A DNA stretch of 64,000 bases, from the NCBI GenBank assembly GCA_049513055.1, contig JBEKWN010000008.1, positions 21,669 through 85,668 of the forward strand, written 5' to 3'. Shown one piece after another: positions 36,751 to 47,755 of the stretch. A program made the translations under genes and the position numbers. Position 1 is the first letter of the stretch. Each line of letters begins with the position of its first letter. A model generated the notes under the pieces. That model worked only from the letters and a program-made list of their open reading frames with translations. It ran no database searches and had not been told where the DNA came from. The stretch is from Thermodesulfobacteriota bacterium. GTDB taxonomy: Bacteria; Desulfobacterota; BSN033; UBA1163.

Positions 36751-37644
36751 TCAGGGTTTAAAAGTCTTTTTCAGGGCGATCAAAATTCCTGCGAAGATGG
36801 AAACCCCTCCAAGAATTTTCCAGGTCGTCAATCCTTCACCCAAAATAAAATAAGCTAAGATGCTGGACCCCACAGGTTCTCCTAAGATAGAGACCGCTAC
36901 CATGGATGCAGGAAGGTATTTCAGAGCCCAGTTAAAGGTTGTGTGACCAATCAATTGAGGGATCAAAGCTAAAAGGAAGAGAAAGAAATAAGTGGAGGGT
37001 GAATATCCAAAAAATGATTTTTGAAAAATAAGAGACAGTAGAATCAAGATCAATCCAGCCGTTGAATAAACAGGAAAGATGTAAGAGAAAAGATCCTGCT
37101 CCTTTCTCATCTTTCTTCCTACAAACAAGTATCCTGATGCAGCGATTGCACCCAGAAGGGCAAATCCATCTCCCATCAATGCTTCTTTTGAAAGACTCAT
37201 ATCTCCATAACTGATCAATCCACTCCCCAAAACGGAGAGAGCAATCCCTAAAACTAAATTCATCCCTATCCGTTCTTTTAAAAAGAGCCAACCCCCTATC
37301 CCGACAAAAATGGGATGGGTAGTCACCAGAACCACAGAACTGGCTACCGAAGTATATTTCAGAGAAGCGATCCAAAAGGCAAAATGGAGGCTTAGGAAAA
37401 GCCCGGAGAGAAAAACCCATCCCATTTCACTCCTCTTCCATCCTCTCCATGTTTTTTTATAACAAGCAAAAGGCATCAAGATGAGGGAGGCGAGCATCAT
37501 CCTGTAGGTGGCGATGATCAACACCGGCGCCTCACAGAGTTTAATAAAAATCGAAGCGGTGGAGATCGCTACGATTCCAATAGGAAGGAATATATAAAGA
37601 CGAAACATCTCGATTAACTTATCTGAATTCAAAAGGCTCTTCAA
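36751..37644 (-). CDS. EamA/DMT-family transporter (10 TM)
   Basis: Two EamA repeats. Confidence 0.75.
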   Translation of the reverse strand: MKSLLNSDKLIEMFRLYIFLPIGIVAISTASIFIKLCEAPVLIIATYRMMLASLILMPFACYKKTWRGWKRSEMGWVFLSGLFLSLHFAFWIASLKYTSVASSVVLVTTHPIFVGIGGWLFLKERIGMNLVLGIALSVLGSGLISYGDMSLSKEALMGDGFALLGAIAASGYLFVGRKMRKEQDLFSYIFPVYSTAGLILILLSLIFQKSFFGYSPSTYFFLFLLALIPQLIGHTTFNWALKYLPASMVAVSILGEPVGSSILAYFILGEGLTTWKILGGVSIFAGILIALKKTFKP

Positions 37645-37680
37645 GTCTCATTAAGAGTGTTTTGAAACAAATTTTTACAC

Positions 37681-37708
37681 TATGCTCCATGCGCTATGGG
37701 CTATGCAA
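37681..37708. repeat. Inverted-orientation copy of the GCATAGCG repeat (tatgctccatgcgctatgggctatgcaa)
   Basis: Reverse complement reads gcatagcccatagcgcatggagcata. Confidence 0.35.
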
Positions 37709-37871
37709 TTTATCAAAATTGACAGGTGGATGAAAAGGTGGTATTTTTGATAAACTCCGTTAAGCCATTGTTAAAAAGAAATTCCAGAAAGAATGGGGAA
37801 ATAAAAAGTTTAAGCATTAAGGGTTATGAGGTGAGCGTTGTAATTAAGGCATTGAAAAAAAGAATTTCATT

Positions 37872-38867
37872 ATGTCGAAAAAACTACGCTCTATTTCGAT
37901 CCTATTACTCATTATCTCCCCTGCCATCTCCTTTGCCCAGGAAAAAACATCTAAGAAGATCATACCCAGAATCGGCGTGACCCAGACTGTCTCCTATCCG
38001 GACTTCGATACAGATGCCAAGGGGTTTGAGAAGGCTCTGGCCGAGGCCGGATTCAAAGAAGGCATCCACGTTATTTATGACCGGCAATATGCACAGGGAG
38101 ATATAAATCATACTCAGACCATTGCCCAGAAGTTCTTAAATGCAAAAGTAGATCTGGTCCACAGCATTGCCACCCCTTCTTCACGGGCGGTGATGAAGAT
38201 CATCAAAGATATTCCTATCGTCTTCTCCTCTGTTACTGACCCTGTCTATGCTGGACTCATACCTAAAACAAGTCCCCTTGGAACAAAAACCGGAACGAAT
38301 GTAACAGGCGTCAGCGATCGCTGGCCTGTGTTTCTGCAGTTTGAGATGTATACCAAATTTTTTCCCAAGGCGAAGAAATGGGGGACGATTTATAACGCGG
38401 GAGATCCCAGATCCATCCTTTATATCAAAGAGATGCGGGAGGCTGCCAAAAAGTTGAAAGTGGAACTGATTGAAGTAACAATCTCTAATAGTGATGAAAC
38501 CCTACCCGCTGCTCAATTTCTTGTAGGAAAAGCTCAGACCATTGATATCACATATGATCATATAGCCCTCTCTTCTTTTGATACAATCGTGAAGGTCTGC
38601 AATGAAAAGAAAATCCCTCTATTTGGGGGTGATCTCAAATGTGTATCGAAAGGTGCGATGGCTGCTTATGGATGGGATTATTTTCAAATCGGCCATTCTG
38701 CAGGGAGAAAAGCTGTTCAGATTTTGAAAGGGGAAAAACCGGGAGATATCCCCTGGGAACTTGGAGAAAAATTGCTTCTTATGATCAACGAGAAAGCCGC
38801 GAAGACCCAAGGAGCCATTATCTCTCCTGAGCTATTAAAAAAAGCAGATAAGGTAATCACGGAATGA
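37872..38867 (+). CDS. Orphan periplasmic ABC-type substrate-binding protein (ABC_sub_bind/PF04392-like) with a signal peptide
   Basis: Signal peptide. Periplasmic-binding-protein fold motifs. No adjacent permease or ATPase. Confidence 0.6.
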   Translation: MSKKLRSISILLLIISPAISFAQEKTSKKIIPRIGVTQTVSYPDFDTDAKGFEKALAEAGFKEGIHVIYDRQYAQGDINHTQTIAQKFLNAKVDLVHSIATPSSRAVMKIIKDIPIVFSSVTDPVYAGLIPKTSPLGTKTGTNVTGVSDRWPVFLQFEMYTKFFPKAKKWGTIYNAGDPRSILYIKEMREAAKKLKVELIEVTISNSDETLPAAQFLVGKAQTIDITYDHIALSSFDTIVKVCNEKKIPLFGGDLKCVSKGAMAAYGWDYFQIGHSAGRKAVQILKGEKPGDIPWELGEKLLLMINEKAAKTQGAIISPELLKKADKVITE

Positions 38868-38922
38868 GGGGTTGGAATATTCATAAGGAGAGTTTGTAAT
38901 TTGTGATTTGATATTTTAAACT

Positions 38923-39594
38923 TTGGCCATGCGAGAAGAAGTCTCTCTCCACATCACGGATATTTATCGTCAAGGGTTCCCGAGTCTCGCTTTTGGAATT
39001 GGGACGGTCCAGTCCTGCACCTATTTTGAGAAGAGCGAATCATTCAAACTTTCCAAAAGAGAACTCCTCCGTAAGATGCGGAGGAGGGCTAACCTTGCCC
39101 AACTTGAAGAGCGGATCAATCTCTACGATCAATTTTTCAAAGAATGGGGATATCCATGTCCCCTTCCCAGTCATTTTAAGCGAACCATTGAAATGGGATT
39201 TCCGATTGTCAACCTGTATATCGATACGCATATCATTGCAGAGATGTGTCATGGAATTCTCATGGCTATTCAGGATCTAGATCGTTTCCAAGGCGAATGG
39301 AAGCTCGACCTCGCTCAAGAAGGAGAGACATTTCAGGGAGTCTCAGGAAAGATGATCCGTTGTAAAGATGATGAAATTGTTCTTCGTGATGGAAAAGGGA
39401 TTGTTTGTTCCCTTTTTCAAGGTCCGGATTTCAAAACGAGAGTGGAACCAGCAAGTAAAAATATTGTGGTCTATATTTTTACAGCACCAGGGATTCAGGA
39501 GGAACATGTCTCAAATGGATTACAGTTAGCCCTCGAACTCCTGGAAAAATTAGGTCATGGAAAAGATCCATGGTGGAAAATCTTCAGACCATAA
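38923..39594 (+). CDS. B3/4 domain-containing protein (PheT-related)
   Basis: Size and pattern are consistent with a B3_4 domain. Weak. Confidence 0.4.
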   Translation: MAMREEVSLHITDIYRQGFPSLAFGIGTVQSCTYFEKSESFKLSKRELLRKMRRRANLAQLEERINLYDQFFKEWGYPCPLPSHFKRTIEMGFPIVNLYIDTHIIAEMCHGILMAIQDLDRFQGEWKLDLAQEGETFQGVSGKMIRCKDDEIVLRDGKGIVCSLFQGPDFKTRVEPASKNIVVYIFTAPGIQEEHVSNGLQLALELLEKLGHGKDPWWKIFRP

Positions 39595-39597
39595 ACA

Positions 39598-39697
39598 TCG
39601 TGATTCGTGTCACGTGTCGCGTGTCCGAAGCATTGAAGAAAAACTAAAAATTAGAGATTTACGGGCACGGAGCACGGACACAGAACACGTTATTTTC
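39598..39697 (+). terminator. Imperfect inverted repeat of about 28 bp rich in CGTGTC 7-mers, followed by TTATTTT. A likely terminator after the B3/4 gene, or an operator before the tautomerase gene.
   Basis: cgtgattcgtgtcacgtgtcgcgtgtccg ... cgggcacggagcacggacacagaacacg, then ttatttt. Confidence 0.35.
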
Positions 39698-39716
39698 CGA
39701 AGGAAAGGAAACGGAA

Positions 39717-39908
39717 ATGCCTATTGTTCAAATCAGTATGGTTGCAGGAAGGACACCGGAGAAGAAGGAACAGCTGATTAAGAAAGTGACGGAAGCCATT
39801 GTCGAGGTCCTTCAGATTCCAGCGGATCGAGTCCGAATTGTCCTCAATGAAGTTCCAAAAGATAATATTGGGTACGGAGGAATTCCTTTCTCTAAATTGG
39901 GTTCCTGA
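39717..39908 (+). CDS. 4-oxalocrotonate tautomerase family protein
   Basis: MPIVQI (Pro1 catalytic), 63 aa, tautomerase fold pattern. Confidence 0.75.
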   Translation: MPIVQISMVAGRTPEKKEQLIKKVTEAIVEVLQIPADRVRIVLNEVPKDNIGYGGIPFSKLGS

Positions 39909-39910
39909 TT

Positions 39911-40000
39911 GGAATGATGGAATGTTGGAATAATGGAATACTGGGTTTAAGGAATTATGTTTTTTCCCAATATTCCACTTTTCCATTATTCCACTATTCC
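39911..40000. terminator. Long imperfect GGAAT-rich hairpin (35 nt arms) between convergent genes, a likely bidirectional terminator
   Basis: ggaatgatggaatgttggaataatggaatactggg ... cccaatattccacttttccattattccactattcc. Confidence 0.4.
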
Positions 40001-40083
40001 TTTTCTTCTCTCAGTCTTTTCGAGACTTCTGCTGTCAACTGACAGACCCTCTCTGCCAACGGGATGGCAAGAGAGGCTGTTCC

Positions 40084-41034
40084 TCAGCTAGGGGTGAGAA
40101 TCGCTCTCTGAAGGAGGGTTTGATCGATTCCCTTTTTAGAAAGCGTCTCCACTCCTTCTTTAAAACGTTTGACCAGACTTTGAGCCTCCTCTTTTAGCAC
40201 ATCCTCATTCGTTGGAACAATGCCCCAAGCCAAGATACCCCCTCTTTCTAAGAATGCTTTTAACTCCTTTGGATAAAGAGAAAGCGTCTCCAGATATCCA
40301 TAAGCATCGAAGCTGAGGATATCGAGATTCGTCGAAAGAAGCACGCTCCAGTCCGTATTCCCACAGCAGTGAATTCCCTTTAATCCTTTCATGGCGTCAA
40401 AACATTCATTTAAAGAGTGAACGACGTCCTCCCGATTCAGGCTTGAAAAGGCAGAACCAAATGAGGAGAGGGAGGGTTCGTCAAAAAAGATAATTGTCGG
40501 AATCCCGGGAAAAAGATCATTGAACTTCTTTTCCATCCAACGGGCTTTCATTGAAAGGTGTTTGACGAGGATGTCCCTCAAGGTAGGGTCATAAAAGATG
40601 GGCTTCCGCTCCTGATCCGTTAAGGCGAGGCCAAAGGTGATGGGTCCTGTAATCTGGCCCTTGATGTATTTTATCTTCTTTCGGTGGTTCTTTGGAGAGA
40701 GGTCTTTTAAAATCCGGAGCCCCCTTGCAAAATCTTCTGTGATTTGAAAAGGCTCAAGTTCATTCCCCTCCAAACGTTGGTAAAATTTCTCAATTTCTTT
40801 ATCAAATCCAAGAGAGGTATCCACCCAAACCCTTTGTTCCTTTTCATTCCATCTTAAGGAGGGAAACCCCTCAGAATATTGAACGACCATACCTTCCAGA
40901 AAAGACCTTTTTGGCAGTTGGGGCCAAAATGGAATTTCGGGGAAGTTTTTGAGTATGAGTCGGAAGACTTCTTTCTCGTCCTGATGGGGGAAGGATCCGA
41001 TTCCAGTAGTCATGAAAGCGTATTGAAATTCCAT
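40084..41034 (-). CDS. Cobalamin-independent methionine synthase (MetE) C-terminal catalytic-domain-like protein (core-MetE)
   Basis: IGSFPHQ N-terminal motif, IIFFDEPSL (like MetE IQIDEPA) and GIHCCGNTDW (putative Zn ligands). Confidence 0.5.
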   Translation of the reverse strand: MEFQYAFMTTGIGSFPHQDEKEVFRLILKNFPEIPFWPQLPKRSFLEGMVVQYSEGFPSLRWNEKEQRVWVDTSLGFDKEIEKFYQRLEGNELEPFQITEDFARGLRILKDLSPKNHRKKIKYIKGQITGPITFGLALTDQERKPIFYDPTLRDILVKHLSMKARWMEKKFNDLFPGIPTIIFFDEPSLSSFGSAFSSLNREDVVHSLNECFDAMKGLKGIHCCGNTDWSVLLSTNLDILSFDAYGYLETLSLYPKELKAFLERGGILAWGIVPTNEDVLKEEAQSLVKRFKEGVETLSKKGIDQTLLQRAILTPS

Positions 41035-41190
41035 AGCTTTTCATAAAGCCATTCTATACAAAAAGTCAAGGACATTTTGCCACGCCCTTTATAACCATTT
41101 GATTACAGGTATAAAACTTGACAACTGAAGGTTCGATGATTATCTATTTGGTTAAAATTTTAATAGAAGGGAGGTCTGTCTTTATGACAG

Positions 41191-41472
41191 GTGAGGCCAC
41201 TTCATGATCAGGTCATTGTCCAGAGATTGGAGGAGGAAGAAAAGACAAAAGGAGGGATCATCATCCCTGATACGGGTAAGGAAAAACCGATTGAGGGAAA
41301 AGTGATCGCCGTCGGGGCAGGAAGGATCAAAAAGGATGGGACAAAGATTCCCCTTGAGGTCAAAAAGGGCAATCGGGTCCTCTATGCCAAATATGCAGGA
41401 ACCGAAGTGAAGATTGATGGGGAAGAGTATCTCATCATGAAAGAGGATGATATCCTCGCCATCATTGAATAA
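41191..41472 (+). CDS. groES: Co-chaperonin GroES (GTG start)
   Basis: [11 protein letters not shown]...GGIIIPDT...GKVIAVGAG... Confidence 0.9.
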   Translation: MRPLHDQVIVQRLEEEEKTKGGIIIPDTGKEKPIEGKVIAVGAGRIKKDGTKIPLEVKKGNRVLYAKYAGTEVKIDGEEYLIMKEDDILAIIE

Positions 41473-43110
<1,638 letters not shown>

Positions 43111-43127
43111 TGAACGCCTCTCACTCG

Positions 43128-43155
43128 CTCCCTCTCCCCGCGGGGGAGAGGGGAA
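43128..43155 (+). terminator. Near-perfect GC palindrome CCTCTCCCCGCGGGGGAGAGG just after the groEL stop
   Basis: Seen directly. No immediate U-tract, so it may act as an attenuator before the next gene. Confidence 0.35.
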
Positions 43156-43202
43156 GGGTGAGGGGATTGAAAATTTTCTTCACTAGATTCCTTGGTTCTA
43201 CA

Positions 43203-44924
43203 ATGGTTGATTCCCTACCCATGACTTTACCCGAAGATCCTAAGGAAGCCCAAAAAGTCTTTAACTCCCTTCCTATTAAAAATCAATTGGATATTGTTTT
43301 AAAGGTTCGAGGAAAAGAACGACTCCATTACCTATTCCTTTCAGAACATTCAGAAGAGTTGGTTCAACAACTTCCAGAACTGGAGGTCTTTTTAACCGTC
43401 AAGGAGATTGGGGAAAGGGATAGCCTTGAGTTAATCTCCCTCACCACACCCGAGCAGTTCCTGTATCTCCTCGACCTCGATTTCTGGAAAAGGGATCAGT
43501 TGGACCCAGAGAAGATACTTAACTGGATGGAGATTCTCCTTGAATCGGGGGAAAAGAAAGTCACCCAATTTATCCAATCTACGGATCCTGAATTCATCGC
43601 CCTTCTTCTAAAAAAATTCCTTCATGTCACAACGCTGGAGAGGGAACACTTGGAAGGGATGGACAGAATTCCTCTTTTTACTTTAGATCAATTTTACTTC
43701 GTTGATTTTAAGGGAAAGAAGACCGGAGAGGTTTTCGAACCTTTTTTAAGAATCCTTTACCGCATCAAGGGGGAGGGTTATCGAAAATTGATGGAGTCTC
43801 TTGTCTGTGAAATCGAACCGGAACTTGAGGAAGCAGGATACCGTTTAAGGAATAGCCGCTTGAGTGACTATGGATTCCCTGATTTTGAAGAGTCTTTAGA
43901 AATTTATCATTTTGTCAACCCTGAATCTCTAATTCTTGAAGAAAGACCTCTGAAGGTCAGGGCTCAGGAAGAAATAGAGAAAGGAAGTTCAATCTTCTAT
44001 CTCACCCACCAAAATGAAGGTCCTTTTTTCTCCTCTATCCTCTCTAAGATTGATGATCCTCATGAGCAGGATCGATTGAAACAAGAAATAACAGCTCTCT
44101 GTAATAAAGCAATCGTGGCAGAGGCCATAGACCTTTCCAATATTGCCGCCATGGAGAGGGTTGTAAAAAAAGTCTACCATACTCTAAATCTTGGCCTTCA
44201 GTATTTAAGCAAGGGAGATGAAATAAAAGCCTTTGAGATCCTTCAATCTCTTCCCATACAAAGACTATTTCAATGCGGTGTAGGCACCACACTACTTCTG
44301 AGAAAAAAGGCAGAATCCATTTTAAAAGGGACATGGTTTTTAGATGACCAGGAGAATCTCGTTTTTTTAGACCCTCCTCATTTCGAAAAATTCGAAGGGA
44401 TTTTGAGGAAAAGGCCTGCTTTTTATCGAGATTGGATTTATGAGGACTTCAAGAACCTTCAGGATTTAAAAGAGGCGGATGCCTTTTTGGAATTCATCGA
44501 AGTGATTATCGATTTTTTGGGAAGGGGATTGAATGTTTCCCCTCGTTACCTAAAGGAACTGGATTTGAGCGGTTTCCCTGAAGAGTGGCGGGAAATAACT
44601 CTCTCTACTATCTTTTTCACCTCTTTAGCAAACCAGATTCTCAGAGGGACTTTTCAATTTGAAGCCATTAAGCAGGGTCAGGTAAAAGATTTTCTCTACA
44701 GGGTTTTTGAAAGCGATGCCCAAGGGAAGGGGGTTATAAAGATGGAGGTCAAAAACGGATTAAGAGACTGGTACTATTCCATCGAAGGGGAGGAAATTAA
44801 GCGGCAACATCTTCTCGCTTTTCAGGATTTCTGTTTGGACCTATTTGAAGAGGAATATGGGAAGATACCTCCAGAAGAGAAGGTGGACCCCCGATTTGTT
44901 AAAGGACTTCTTATCCGAAAATAA
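43203..44924 (+). CDS. Hypothetical 573 aa soluble protein downstream of groESL, with no confident family
   Basis: Long ORF with a start at MVDSLPMTLPED after the groEL hairpin. No recognized catalytic motif. Confidence 0.5.
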   Translation: MVDSLPMTLPEDPKEAQKVFNSLPIKNQLDIVLKVRGKERLHYLFLSEHSEELVQQLPELEVFLTVKEIGERDSLELISLTTPEQFLYLLDLDFWKRDQLDPEKILNWMEILLESGEKKVTQFIQSTDPEFIALLLKKFLHVTTLEREHLEGMDRIPLFTLDQFYFVDFKGKKTGEVFEPFLRILYRIKGEGYRKLMESLVCEIEPELEEAGYRLRNSRLSDYGFPDFEESLEIYHFVNPESLILEERPLKVRAQEEIEKGSSIFYLTHQNEGPFFSSILSKIDDPHEQDRLKQEITALCNKAIVAEAIDLSNIAAMERVVKKVYHTLNLGLQYLSKGDEIKAFEILQSLPIQRLFQCGVGTTLLLRKKAESILKGTWFLDDQENLVFLDPPHFEKFEGILRKRPAFYRDWIYEDFKNLQDLKEADAFLEFIEVIIDFLGRGLNVSPRYLKELDLSGFPEEWREITLSTIFFTSLANQILRGTFQFEAIKQGQVKDFLYRVFESDAQGKGVIKMEVKNGLRDWYYSIEGEEIKRQHLLAFQDFCLDLFEEEYGKIPPEEKVDPRFVKGLLIRK

Positions 44925-44976
44925 TGTTAAACATAACATTTTTTGTTGTCTGATATCTTGAAGTACTGGGGGAGTT

Positions 44977-45156
44977 TTAATCCAATTTCGTTTCTTCTTT
45001 GGTTTCGGTCCACTTTTCTCCACAATCCTTGCATTCATAAAGTATTTCATAGGTGGTCGTCGTTACGGTTGCGGCGTAGGCACATGGTAATTCTTCTTCG
45101 GCAAACTTTGTCTTTTCCAGAGTTTTCTTTGATTTGTGTTCACACTTGTCTGGCAT
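44977..45156 (-). CDS. Candidate 59 aa zinc-ribbon-like small protein (MPDKCEHK...YECKDCGEKW...)
   Basis: C,H...C..C pattern. Not in the ORF track. Weak RBS. Coordinates are within about 1 nt. Confidence 0.25.
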   Translation of the reverse strand: MPDKCEHKSKKTLEKTKFAEEELPCAYAATVTTTTYEILYECKDCGEKWTETKEETKLD

Positions 45157-45679
45157 AAATTAACCCCCGTTAAATTAAAATTAGGCCAACTTTTTTAGTA
45201 CATTAAGCATAGGACAAGTGTGTTTTTGTGTCAACCGGAGAGGTCAGAAGATAGGCTATTTGGGGACATAGGGTTGGTGGCTCTGGGGTATTTTAACAAT
45301 TGATTTTTGAAAGCCGGTCCCTCTTCACTTTGCATTTCTTCGAATTAATAACTTATTACGATGGCCTGAACCCGATTCATTGAGAAGGCCTACCCGTTTT
45401 TAAATATTCGATAACAAGTACACCTAATCCTCACTCTAAGACTACTTTGAAAGGTAACGATTACTATTAGAAACATACATAACAAAAGGGATCGGGGGGA
45501 CGTTTATTTTTTGCCGAATTTTGATGATCTTTGGTAGGTTTTCAATAATCAATCCTATTCCAGTTCAAAATTTGAATGATTATATTTCAACTTTTTCAAT
45601 GGACCTTTTTCAATTGATGGGTTCAACCACCACTACAAAATATTTATTACGTTTGTATTAGCCAAAGAAGATCAATCTA

Positions 45680-46792
45680 TTAGGACTTTGTTTTTATACG
45701 AAGATTGGAGGCGTCTTTCTCAAAAAGGTGCATCTTGTCGAGGTCTAAGACAAGCTCAATCTCCTGATGAACCCGTACCGACGTCTGTACATCCACCACC
45801 GCCACGAAATTGTGCCTCCCCGATGTCACATTCAAATGAATCTCTGACCCTAAGGGCTCGATCACATCCACCACCGCCTTAATGGTATCCCCCTTGAGCC
45901 TCTCCGGTGCATACTGCAGATGATAGATGTCATTGGGCCGTAACCCAAAAATGACCTCCGACCCTGCCATCGATTTATAATACGGAACCTTCTTCTCCGG
46001 TATGGGTAACTGAAACGCCTCTGCATCGATGAAGAGACCACCCTCTTTCGAAATCAACCGCGAGGGGAAAAAGTTAATCACCGGACTCCCTATAAATCCT
46101 GCCACAAACATATTTACCGGATAATTATAAACCTCCAGCGGATTCCCCATCTGCTGAATCAACCCATCCTTCATCACGACAATCTTCGTCCCCATCGTCA
46201 TCGCTTCCACCTGATCATGGGTCACATAAATGATCGTCGTCTGAAGCCGATCATGCAGCTTGGAGAGTTCTGCCCGCATCTGCACCCGTAACTTTGCATC
46301 CAGATTCGATAAGGGCTCATCAAAGAGAAATACGGCTGGTTTCCGGACAATGGCTCTTCCTACCGCTACTCTCTGACGTTGTCCTCCCGAAAGCTGCTTC
46401 GGCTTCCGGTCCAGTAGATTCTGAATCCCCAAAATCTCCGAAGCCCATCTCACCCTCTCATCAATCTCATCCTTCGGAAACTTCCTTAGCTTCAGGCCAA
46501 AGGCCATGTTCTTATACACCGACATGTGGGGATAGAGAGCATATTCCTGAAAGACCATGGCAATATCACGGTCCTTGGGAGGCAGATCATTGACCGCACG
46601 GTCTCCAATGTAGATCATCCCTTTGGTGGGCTCCTCCAGTCCGGCGATCATCCGGAGGGCCGTCGATTTCCCGCACCCCGAGGGTCCCACCAGGATGACA
46701 AACTCCTTGTCATCCACAGTCAGGTCGAAACTCTTCACTGCCTCCACATTGCCAAATGTTTTTGAAACATTCTCCAGAACAACTTTGGCCAT
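45680..46792 (-). CDS. Sugar ABC transporter ATP-binding protein (MalK/UgpC family with a C-terminal TOBE domain)
   Basis: Walker A GPSGCGKST, signature LSGGQRQR, Walker B LFDEPLSNLD. Confidence 0.9.
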   Translation of the reverse strand: MAKVVLENVSKTFGNVEAVKSFDLTVDDKEFVILVGPSGCGKSTALRMIAGLEEPTKGMIYIGDRAVNDLPPKDRDIAMVFQEYALYPHMSVYKNMAFGLKLRKFPKDEIDERVRWASEILGIQNLLDRKPKQLSGGQRQRVAVGRAIVRKPAVFLFDEPLSNLDAKLRVQMRAELSKLHDRLQTTIIYVTHDQVEAMTMGTKIVVMKDGLIQQMGNPLEVYNYPVNMFVAGFIGSPVINFFPSRLISKEGGLFIDAEAFQLPIPEKKVPYYKSMAGSEVIFGLRPNDIYHLQYAPERLKGDTIKAVVDVIEPLGSEIHLNVTSGRHNFVAVVDVQTSVRVHQEIELVLDLDKMHLFEKDASNLRIKTKS

Positions 46793-46908
46793 TATTCAGC
46801 CTCCTCAATCACTTGACTCACCTCTGATGATTAAACAAGCTTTCATGTCAACCTCTCCTGCCGATAATGTTTATGCAAACCTTAACCTCTTTACCTTCCC
46901 GTTGTATC

Positions 46909-47754
46909 TTATCGTTTCACTGCTCCGGCTGTAAGGCCCGAAACATAGTACTTCACGAAGAAAGAATAGAGGAAGGCAATCGGAAAGGATCCCAATACAG
47001 CCGAAGCCATGAGGGATCCCCAGAACAGAGTGTCCGCCTTGATCAGGTCGCTCACGGTTCCCACGGGAATGGTCTTCATCGATCCAGAGGACATGAAGAT
47101 CAGGGCATACAGGAACTCGTTCCAGCAAAGGGTGAAGCAGAAGATGCCCGCCGAGATTAGGCCAGGCGTAGATAGGGGCAGTATGATCTTCAGTAACGTT
47201 TCCATCCGCGTGCAGCCGTCGGCCATGGCACACTCTTCGATCTCTTTCGGGATCGTCCGGAAGTAACCCATGAGCAGCCACGAAGCAAAGGGGATAAGCT
47301 GAGTCGGATAGGTCAGGATAAGGGCCCAGTATGTGTTATACAGGTTCAGTTTGGCAATGACTTGAGCCAGCGGCAAAAAGAGGAGAGTGGGCGGTACGAG
47401 GTAGGCCAGAAAGATCCCCACTCCCAGAAAGTTGCTTCCAGGAAACCGGAGCCGAGCCAGAGCGTAGCCGATCAAGATGCTGCACAGCAGGGAGATGGCT
47501 GTTGAGATCACTGATACGATGAGGGTGTTCTTCACCCATTCGGGAAAGGCCGTATTTTGGAACAGATAAAGATAGTTCTCCAGCGTGAAGCGTTGAATCC
47601 AGAAGGGGTTAAACTTCATTTCGAAGAGATCGTTCGTAGGCTTAAAGGAAACGATGCTCATCCAGTAGAACGGAAAGAGTAGAAAGACCACAAACAACGC
47701 CAGCGGCAGGTAGATATTCAAAATTTGGCGTCCGGGGGTCCTGCTCCCAACCAT
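46909..47754 (-). CDS. Carbohydrate ABC transporter permease (MalG/UgpE-like)
   Basis: 6 TM with an EAA loop. Confidence 0.85.
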   Translation of the reverse strand: MVGSRTPGRQILNIYLPLALFVVFLLFPFYWMSIVSFKPTNDLFEMKFNPFWIQRFTLENYLYLFQNTAFPEWVKNTLIVSVISTAISLLCSILIGYALARLRFPGSNFLGVGIFLAYLVPPTLLFLPLAQVIAKLNLYNTYWALILTYPTQLIPFASWLLMGYFRTIPKEIEECAMADGCTRMETLLKIILPLSTPGLISAGIFCFTLCWNEFLYALIFMSSGSMKTIPVGTVSDLIKADTLFWGSLMASAVLGSFPIAFLYSFFVKYYVSGLTAGAVKR

Positions 47755-47755
47755 C

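Noticed and set aside
39598-39627. Tandem CGTGTC 7-mers as a CRISPR or other array
   Set aside because: Only three short units with no spacers. This is part of an inverted repeat or terminator, not a CRISPR array.
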